From the IMG/VR virus record IMGVR_UViG_2671180695_000008: a stretch of DNA of 13,072 nucleotides; one strand, given 5' to 3'. The notes under the pieces were generated by a model, which was not told where the DNA came from, did not search any database, and was given only the letters and a program-made list of their open reading frames with translations. The stretch comes from a virus (lineage: Duplodnaviria; Heunggongvirae; Uroviricota; Caudoviricetes). Below are positions 7,596-13,072 of this stretch, piece after piece. Position numbers and translations under genes: made by a program. Each line of letters opens with the position of its first letter. The first letter of the stretch is position 1.

Positions 7596-8014
7596 CAGCA
7601 CAGATAGCGGCTTACGGGCGGCTGGTGGCTGACCCGCAGTTAAAGACCACCAGCAAAGGGACACAAATGGCGATGGCGAGTATGGCGGTTCCCCTGCCGT
7701 GCAGCCAGGCAGATGACGGAACGGCGACGATGTGGTTATCCGTCCTGGCGTTTGGCAGACAGGCCGACGCACTGGCAAAACACCACAAAGGCGAACTGGT
7801 GAGCGTGGCGGGTAACATGCAGGTAAGCCAGTGGACAGGCCAGAACGGCGAAACGCGGCGGGGCTGGCAGGTTATCGCAGACAGCGTAATCAGTGCGCGA
7901 ACGGCGCGACCGGGCGGCAAAAAAGGCCAGCAGGGGCAGGCCACTGACGCACTGAACAGGGCAAAACAACAGTCGGGGAATGATGATCCGTACGGCGATA
8001 ATATACCGTTTTAA
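7592..8014 (+). CDS. ssb: Single-stranded DNA-binding protein-like (OB fold, C-terminal ...NIPF tail)
   Basis: 140 aa with the pattern GRLVADPQL...G...A.......W.SV.AFG..A..LAK..KGELV.V.G......W....G..R.....ADSV, then a Gly/Gln-rich linker ending DDPYGDNIPF. This resembles the SSB OB core and its acidic ...DDDIPF protein-interaction tail. Confidence 0.7.
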   Translation: MTAQIAAYGRLVADPQLKTTSKGTQMAMASMAVPLPCSQADDGTATMWLSVLAFGRQADALAKHHKGELVSVAGNMQVSQWTGQNGETRRGWQVIADSVISARTARPGGKKGQQGQATDALNRAKQQSGNDDPYGDNIPF

Positions 8015-8021
8015 ATTCTGC

Positions 8022-8050
8022 AAACAAAAAGATGCCGGAAAAAAATAGAT
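8022..8050. other. 11-bp-stem hairpin in the SSB / capsid intergenic region (possible terminator or regulatory structure)
   Basis: ATGCCGGAAAA (8022..8032) pairs with TTTTCCGGCAT (8040..8050) around a 7-nt loop. No clean U-run follows on the plus strand, so terminator function is uncertain. Confidence 0.4.
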
Positions 8051-8225
8051 TTTCCGGCATGCTACATAAATCCCGACCAAAGGAAGTAAATACATTAACA
8101 CGAATTATCAGCACTGAAGTTGTTACGGCATATTTTATACAACATTGCACTTGGTTGCATGTATTCGCATAGCAGACATCGGTAATAGAATATATTCACA
8201 ATTATTTGTAATGAATGTAAAGAGG

Positions 8226-9272
8226 ATGAGTATGGTTGATTTATATTCGCCTACACAGCTTGTGCAGGTGGCTAATGCTGAAGATGTGCAAAAAAAATTA
8301 AATGCGTTGTTTACCAGTTTGTTTTTCACTCGCTCGGTAATGTTTGAATCGAGAGACATTATTCTTGATACGATCGACGATCCAAATATCCCGATCGCGG
8401 CGTTTTGCTCTCCTATGGTGGGCAGTAAAGTTTCACGAGATGAGGGATACGAATCAAAAACAATTCGTCCAGGTTATATGAAGCCGAAAAGCAGCATTGA
8501 TCCAAATAAGTTAGCTGTGCGCCCTGCTGGTGTGTCACCTGAGCAATACAATGCTTTTGGGGCGCGTAATATTAAAGTTAAACAGGCGATTGTAAATCAG
8601 GCTAAAGCTATTCGTGCACGTATTGAATGGCTTGCTGTTCAGGCAATCACAACGGGGAAAAATATCATTGAGGGCGATGGTATTGAACGTTATGAGCTGG
8701 ACTGGAATATAAAACCACAAAATATCATCACTCAGTCTGGCGGTACTGAGTGGTCAGGTAAGGATAAAGAAACTTTTGATCCAAATGATGATATTGAGAG
8801 CTACGCAGAATTTAGTGAGGGCGTCACTAATATCATCATTATGGGTGGTAATGTATGGAAGAAATACCGTTCATTCAGAGCGATAAAAGAGGCTTTGGAT
8901 ACCCGTCGTGGTTCTAATTCCGAACTGGAAACGGCCCTTAAAGACCTTGGTGATTCGGTGAGTTTTAAAGGGTATATGGGCGATGTTGCGATTGTTGTTT
9001 ACAGCGGGCGTTATACCGACGAGGACGGAACAGAAAAACATTTCCTTGATCCTGATTTGATGGTGCTTGGCAATACGGCTCTTCAGGGGATTGTCGCCTA
9101 TGGCGGTATTCAGGATCCGGAGCTAATCCGAATGGGGCTGACTAAAGCCGAACTTGCACCGAAAAACTATATTGTGCCTGGTGATCCGGCTATTGAATAT
9201 GTGCAGACACATTCAGCACCACAGCCAATACCGGCCCGCATCAATCGTTTTGTTACCGTTCGCATTGGCTAA
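8226..9272 (+). CDS. Major capsid protein (lambda gpE-like)
   Basis: Motifs NIITQSGGTEWS, DTRRGSNSELETA, GDVAIVVYSG and MVLGNT match lambda E as recalled. The chosen start MSMVDLYSPTQL parallels lambda MSMYTTAQL and has SD AGAGGA; the ORF track's upstream start at 8145 is less likely. Confidence 0.85.
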   Translation: MSMVDLYSPTQLVQVANAEDVQKKLNALFTSLFFTRSVMFESRDIILDTIDDPNIPIAAFCSPMVGSKVSRDEGYESKTIRPGYMKPKSSIDPNKLAVRPAGVSPEQYNAFGARNIKVKQAIVNQAKAIRARIEWLAVQAITTGKNIIEGDGIERYELDWNIKPQNIITQSGGTEWSGKDKETFDPNDDIESYAEFSEGVTNIIIMGGNVWKKYRSFRAIKEALDTRRGSNSELETALKDLGDSVSFKGYMGDVAIVVYSGRYTDEDGTEKHFLDPDLMVLGNTALQGIVAYGGIQDPELIRMGLTKAELAPKNYIVPGDPAIEYVQTHSAPQPIPARINRFVTVRIG

Positions 9273-9281
9273 GGGGGAGCA

Positions 9282-9623
9282 ATGGCTACTCATTACACTG
9301 AACTCATGGCTGGCACTGAAGCACTGGTGACTACGCTGGGGATATTTTCAGCTAATAAAGGGGTAATTCCTGCATTTACGCCACTGATGCAGGAAGATGC
9401 AACAGGTGCACTGGTGGTATGGGATGGTTCGAGCGTAGGTAAAGCGGTTTATGTTTCCGCTGTACAAATCGACACAGCGAAAAAAACACAGGCACAGGTT
9501 TATAAGACAGGTGTTTTAAATGTTGATGCTCTGAACTGGCCTGAGTCTGTAAAAGAACTGTCGGCAAAGGTTGCCGCGTTTGTTGGCTCAGGTATTTCTG
9601 TTCAGCCGCTGGCTCGTGTGTAA
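9282..9623 (+). CDS. Head decoration protein (lambda gpD-like)
   Basis: 113 aa; the pattern TPLM....G.LV.WDG...G.AV.......T.....YK.G......L.WPE matches lambda D as recalled. SD GGGGGAG upstream. It follows the capsid gene, the reverse of the lambda D-E order. Confidence 0.75.
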   Translation: MATHYTELMAGTEALVTTLGIFSANKGVIPAFTPLMQEDATGALVVWDGSSVGKAVYVSAVQIDTAKKTQAQVYKTGVLNVDALNWPESVKELSAKVAAFVGSGISVQPLARV

Positions 9624-9634
9624 AGGGGGATACA

Positions 9635-10018
9635 ATGCAGAATCATTACAATGACCTTAAGCCAATTGCCGAAATGATGTATCCGGATCCAGCAGTAGAG
9701 GAATTAAAGGCTATTGCTGACAAAATGCGTTTAAGTGAACGCCTTGTTGATATGAATCAGGTGATGGAACTTACTACCCTTAGCCGTCGCACATTGCTAA
9801 ACCTTGAGGCTCGCGGAGAGTTCCCCGAACGCGTACAGGTTACGGAAGGGCGTAAGGCCTGGTATTTAAGTGAAGTGATCGACTGGATAAACAATATTCC
9901 TCGATCTTCTGAATATTGCCGCGTACCTGTCCCAAAAAAGCCAGATGCGGCGCTATGCCTCAAGATTGAGCGTGTACGTCGCAATGCACGGGATGGTCGC
10001 TATAAGTTGATTGGTTGA
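9635..10018 (+). CDS. AlpA/MerR-like HTH domain protein (second AlpA-family member)
   Basis: 127 aa; the segment VDMNQVMELTTLSRRTLLNLEARGEFPERVQVTEGRKAWYLSEVIDWI fits the AlpA-type HTH pattern. It has an N-terminal extension and a basic C-terminus, a GGGGGA SD upstream, and lies immediately upstream of the cos site. Confidence 0.6.
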   Translation: MQNHYNDLKPIAEMMYPDPAVEELKAIADKMRLSERLVDMNQVMELTTLSRRTLLNLEARGEFPERVQVTEGRKAWYLSEVIDWINNIPRSSEYCRVPVPKKPDAALCLKIERVRRNARDGRYKLIG

Positions 10019-10029
10019 TGAAATTAGGG

Positions 10030-10108
10030 CCCGTTCTGGCTGGCGGGTCCTTTCCGGCGATCCGGTAGGCTACGGGGCGGCGACCTCGCGGGTTTTCGCT
10101 ATTTATGA
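10030..10108. other. Lambda-type cos site (cosQ-proximal sequence plus cosN with the 12-nt cohesive end GGGCGGCGACCT)
   Basis: 10072..10108 ACGGGGCGGCGACCTCGCGGGTTTTCGCTATTTATGA is identical to the recalled lambda cosN / left-end sequence (cohesive end at 10075..10086). The upstream GGGTCCTTTCCGGCGATCCGGTAGGCTACG closely matches the recalled lambda right-end sequence. Downstream cosB-like sequence has diverged, and a Nu1-like gene follows. Confidence 0.85.
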
Positions 10109-10219
10109 GCCTTTTTCGGGTGCTGGTGGTGGTTTTGTTGTTCGCTCTATCTCTATGAATAAAAAGGAAAAGATAAAGCCAATACACCAACCTGAAACAT
10201 TACTTAAGTGGGGATATTG

Positions 10220-10762
10220 ATGAAATCGCACCTGATGAACAAAAAAAACATGGCGCAAAGCTGCCATGTAAGTGCGACAGCGTTCGACAAGTGGGGAGTG
10301 ACTCCCGTTGAACGTAAAGGCCGCGAGGCGTTTTATGATGTTGCCAGCGTAATAGACAATCGGGTTAGCAATGCAATTAACCAGATTACAGACGACAAAG
10401 GCGAGATTGATGATGATGAACTCCTACGAGTCAGGATCAGATTGCTGACAGCACAGGCAGAGGCGCAGGAGCTTAAAAACGAGCGCGAACGCGGCGACGT
10501 TATTGATACCGCGTTTTGTATATACGTGCTTTCAAAATTGGCGAGTCAGATTTCTTCAATCATGGACAGCCTGCCGCTTGCCATGACAAGGAAGTTTCCC
10601 GACATGAAGCCGTCTATGCTGGATGGACTGAAAAAAGAAGTTATCAGAGCCTGTAACGCATGCGCAAAACTTGACGAAAACATACCGCTGATGCTGTCCG
10701 ATTATCTGATGGAAACTGCCGGAAACGTACCGGATAAGTTGCAGCCGAATAAAGATAAGTAA
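10220..10762 (+). CDS. Terminase small subunit (lambda Nu1-like)
   Basis: Matches lambda Nu1 by recall (RLTRAQADAQELKNARD...ETAFC.FVLSRIAGEIASILDGLPL...RFPE compared with RLLTAQAEAQELKNERERGDVIDTAFCIYVLSKLASQISSIMDSLPLAMTRKFPD). Start is uncertain: ATG at 10220 (GGGGA SD) is chosen, with alternatives GTG 10208 and ATG 10235. It sits downstream of cos as in lambda. Confidence 0.85.
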   Translation: MKSHLMNKKNMAQSCHVSATAFDKWGVTPVERKGREAFYDVASVIDNRVSNAINQITDDKGEIDDDELLRVRIRLLTAQAEAQELKNERERGDVIDTAFCIYVLSKLASQISSIMDSLPLAMTRKFPDMKPSMLDGLKKEVIRACNACAKLDENIPLMLSDYLMETAGNVPDKLQPNKDK

Positions 10763-10773
10763 CGTAGTACGCT

Positions 10774-11055
10774 ATGACTGAATCCGAAATACTGCGATTA
10801 ATCCGCCGTGCTTGTGGAATCAGCAAGCAGCATGACGAACAGGCCACGCAGCCGGACAGCGTGACCGCAGATAATTATGTGCGTGTAGTGGCTGAGGTGA
10901 TGCGCCGTGACGGTATTGAGCTTAACGGCGTGGATATGCGCAACATACGAACAAGAGTCCTTGAGTTGCTGGCATATCGTCGCCGTTCTCAACAACGGAG
11001 GGAGAGCGCGAAAAACACTTACCAGTGGAAGAAGCCGGAACGATTGCGGCGGTAA
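10774..11055 (+). CDS. Hypothetical basic protein (93 aa) in the position where lambda encodes the large terminase
   Basis: ORF starts 11 nt after the TerS stop and is Arg-rich. No convincing family match; no obvious SD, so possibly translationally coupled. Confidence 0.45.
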   Translation: MTESEILRLIRRACGISKQHDEQATQPDSVTADNYVRVVAEVMRRDGIELNGVDMRNIRTRVLELLAYRRRSQQRRESAKNTYQWKKPERLRR

Positions 11056-11070
11056 CTTGCTGATATTCCC

Positions 11071-11094
11071 GATAACGCAAAATTGCGCTGGCTG
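11071..11094. repeat. Direct repeat GATAACGC-N5-TTGCGCTGGCTG (copy 1; copy 2 at 11257..11280)
   Basis: The two 24-bp copies differ at 3 positions and lie 186 bp apart in the non-coding right arm. Each is followed by a TTGCA/TGCAA-type near-palindrome. Confidence 0.5.
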
Positions 11095-11306
11095 ACTTGT
11101 TGCATTGCAAAAAGTTAAGCAGGAAGGCACGGCCTGTAAGATGGGATGCAGTAAGTAGTTCAAGGCTACCTTGTGCTGGCACGCACAGTTAAGCCGTCGG
11201 TGCTGGATATCCCCCACTGGGGGAAAAGCTGGCTACATCCCTCACATCTGAGGACTGATAACGCGACATTGCGCTGGCTGGCAAAGTGCAAAATTGCACG
11301 ATGGCC

Positions 11307-11468
11307 TAACCCATTGATTATTTCGAAAACCTGCAATGCAGGAAATCGGGGAAGTAAGCCTAAGCTATTGATTGTTTCGAAAACCCCCATTGGGGGATGT
11401 CGGGAAAGTAAGACTAACCCATTGATTCTTCCACAATCCTCAATTTGAGGAGGCCGGAACGTCTACAT
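11307..11468. repeat. Tandem ~54-bp repeat (3 units) each containing a 5-bp-stem, 3-nt-loop hairpin with covarying stems; candidate structured RNA or recognition array
   Basis: Units 11307..11360, 11361..11414 and 11415..11468 share TAA(C/G)C(C/T)ATTGATT...TTCGAAAAC and CGGG.AAGTAAG flanks. Internal hairpins are CCTGC-AAT-GCAGG (11330..11342), CCCCC-ATT-GGGGG (11384..11396) and CCTCA-ATT-TGAGG (11438..11450). The third unit is more diverged. Confidence 0.6.
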
Positions 11469-11769
11469 AGCTGCATCGCCGTAATGATGATTCAGCCCAC
11501 CAGCCAAATCAGCACAGCAACGACAGAATAGCCCGACACAGAAAAACCACGAATATGGGGTTTTTGTTATGACATGGTCATGATGACCACTCATACAAAA
11601 CAGGTAAAGCCCACCAGCCTGATTAAAGGTTAACCGGAAAAAAGCCAGGTATCCAATCTCGATATGGGGATCCCTATATCGACATTAACGCCCACTAAAA
11701 CTGTGCATATATGCATAGAAAAAGCATCCACCAGCTTTATGACGGATGCCGCTCATCTTATAAATAATC

Positions 11770-11790
11770 GTGTATTGCAGTGTGTATTGC
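11770..11790. repeat. Two direct copies of GTGTATTGC(A) near the right junction; candidate integrase arm-type sites
   Basis: GTGTATTGCA at 11770..11779 and GTGTATTGC at 11782..11790, in the same orientation as the three copies beside int. An AT-rich tract lies between them and the att core. Confidence 0.5.
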
Positions 11791-11864
11791 GACTCCTTTA
11801 AACGATAGGTCTGAGCATTCGTAATGTACTGTTTTTAAATTTTATTTTTTCCTGTCTTTTCATA

Positions 11865-11877
11865 AAGGCGATGTATG
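11865..11877. other. Candidate attR core (AAGGCGATGTATG)
   Basis: Matches 967..979 at 12 of 13 positions. Portal homology resumes here (IKAMYAATIE...). Confidence 0.65.
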
Positions 11878-12644
11878 CAGCGACGATTGAAAGTGACCTT
11901 GATACCGAAAAGGCCTTTGAATATATCGCCGGTGCGCCGCAGGGGCAGAAGGATAATCCGCTTATTAATATTCTGGATAAGTTCTCCACCTGGTATGACA
12001 CGAATAGCGTGACGCTGGGTGGTGTCAAAATTCCGCACCTTTTCCCCGGTGATGATCTGAAACTTCAGACCGCGCAGGATTCAGACAATGGATTTTCGGC
12101 GCTTGAACAGGCGCTGCTGCGGTATATCGCCGCCGGTCTTGGCGTTTCCTACGAACAGTTGTCCCGTGATTACTCGAAGGTCAGTTATTCAAGTGCCCGC
12201 GCATCCGCCAATGAGTCGTGGCGCTATTTTATGGGGCGGCGAAAATTTATTGCGTCCCGGCTGGCCACGCAGATGTTTTCCTGCTGGCTGGAAGAGGCAC
12301 TTCTTCGGGGGATTATTCGTCCGCCACGGGCACGTTTTGATTTTTATCAGGCGCGATCAGCCTGGTCACGGGCTGAGTGGATTGGAGCCGGAAGAATGGC
12401 CATTGACGGGCTCAAGGAGGTTCAGGAATCAGTGATGCGCATTGAGGCCGGACTGAGCACGTATGAGAAAGAGCTGGCGCTGATGGGCGAGGATTATCAG
12501 GACATTTTCCGCCAGCAGGTCAGGGAATCTGCAGAGCGGGAAAAAGCCGGACTCTCACGTCCGGTGTGGATAGCGCAGGCGTATCAGCAGAAGATAGCGG
12601 AGAGTCGCAGGCCGGAAGAGGAGACAACACCACGTGAGACGTAA
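11871..12644 (+). pseudogene. Portal protein (lambda gpB-like), C-terminal fragment downstream of the insertion
   Basis: Translation MYAATIESDLDTEKAFEYI...LGGVKIPHLFPGDDLKLQTAQDSDNGFSALEQALLRYIAAGLGVSYEQLSRDYSKVSYSSARASANESWRYFMGRRKF...WIGAGRMAIDGLKEVQESVMRIEAGLSTYEKE matches the lambda gpB C-terminal half by recall. The ORF begins at a fortuitous in-frame ATG, and similarity starts at about 11862. Confidence 0.85.
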
Positions 12645-13072
12645 TCTTTCACACATTATTGCCGCAGCATTCAATGAACCGCTGCTTCTGGAGCCCGCCT
12701 ATGCGCGGGTTTTCTTTTGCGCGCTCGGGCGCGAGATGGGGGCAGCAAGTCTTTCGGTACCACAACAGCAGGTACAGCTTGATGCTCCCGGAATGCTGGC
12801 TGAAACGGACGAGTACATGGCCGGAGGTAAACGACCGGCCCGTGTTTACCGGGTGGTGAACGGTATTGCGGTACTGCCGGTGACCGGCACGCTGGTGCAC
12901 CGGCTGGGGGGGATGCGGCCATTTTCCGGAATGACTGGCTATGACGGCATTGTCGCCTGTCTTCAGCAGGCAATGGCAGATAGCCAGGTGCGGGGCATAC
13001 TGCTGGACATTGACAGTCCGGGCGGGCAGGCCGCCGGCGCGTTTGACTGCGCTGACATGATTTACCGCCTCC
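12634..13072 (+). CDS. Head maturation protease / scaffold-processing protein (lambda gpC-like, S49 family), N-terminal part; 3' end outside the window
   Basis: Hand translation from GTG 12634: (M)RRNLSHIIAAAFNEPLLLEPAYARVFFCALG...RVYRVVNGIAVLPVTGTLVHRLGGMRPFSGMTGYDGIVACLQQAMADSQVRGILLDIDSPGG matches lambda C as recalled (AFNEPLMLEPAYARVFF...GIAVLPVSGTL...GMTGY...LLD.D.PGG). Its start overlaps the portal stop as in lambda B-C. Confidence 0.8.
   Translation, partial: MRRNLSHIIAAAFNEPLLLEPAYARVFFCALGREMGAASLSVPQQQVQLDAPGMLAETDEYMAGGKRPARVYRVVNGIAVLPVTGTLVHRLGGMRPFSGMTGYDGIVACLQQAMADSQVRGILLDIDSPGGQAAGAFDCADMIYRL

Larger units (their letters stand above)
967..11877 (+). mobile_element. Integrated ~10.9 kb satellite-like element (int, alpA, replication module, capsid and decoration genes, cos, terS) inserted in a lambdoid portal gene
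   Basis: Bounded by 13-bp direct repeats that split a gpB-like portal ORF. Integrase sits at the left end with arm-type repeats at both ends. Internal content is a coherent replication plus partial morphogenesis and packaging toolkit, with no portal, scaffold/protease, large terminase or tail genes. Confidence 0.75.

Noticed and set aside
8145-8225. Upstream extension of the capsid ORF to 8145 as given in the ORF track
   Set aside because: The 8226 start has a good SD and matches the lambda E N-terminus (MSM...), while the upstream extension lies in the AT-rich leader.
10011-10220. 69-aa ORF overlapping the cos site
   Set aside because: It lies across the conserved cosQ/cosN sequence and contains low-complexity Gly-rich translation; the open frame is most likely incidental to the cos DNA.
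10774-11055. The 93-aa ORF as a truncated N-terminal remnant of the large terminase
   Set aside because: Only a faint, unconvincing resemblance to the recalled gpA N-terminus (S..RL...RA.G); it is kept as a hypothetical protein instead.
10798-11217. 139-aa minus-strand ORF
   Set aside because: Antisense to the 93-aa gene and to repeat DNA, with Cys/His-rich odd composition and no start context.
11173-11448. 91-aa ORF across the tandem repeats
   Set aside because: GTG start with no convincing SD; its repetitive peptide simply mirrors the DNA repeats, and the covarying hairpins argue for a structured nucleic acid rather than a protein. Not fully excluded.
11307-11468. Possible CRISPR array
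   Set aside because: There are only three units with diverged repeats and no unique spacers between identical repeats. The variable part is the hairpin stem and there is no leader, so it is a different kind of repeat.

Overview
This window appears to be the head-gene region of a lambda-like prophage (gpW-like C-terminus, gpB-like portal, gpC-like protease N-terminus) whose portal gene is split by a ~10.9 kb integrative element (about 967..11877). All homology calls rest on recalled lambda protein and cos sequences and on motifs read by eye; no database search was run. The element carries a P4-type tyrosine integrase, an AlpA-family regulator, a Bro-N antirepressor-like gene, a divergent small regulator with a palindromic operator, a cluster of small ORFs, a P4-alpha/D5-type primase-helicase followed by an iteron array, an SSB-like gene, lambda E-like capsid and D-like decoration genes, a second AlpA-type HTH protein, a lambda-type cosQ/cosN site and a Nu1-like small terminase. 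No portal, scaffold/protease or large terminase is encoded inside the element, so it reads as a cos-packaged, capsid-encoding phage satellite dependent on a lambdoid helper. The ~800 bp non-coding right arm holds a tandem 54-bp repeat whose internal hairpins show compensatory stem changes. Both junctions share a 13-bp core in the same portal reading frame, so precise excision would rebuild an intact ~530-codon portal ORF.
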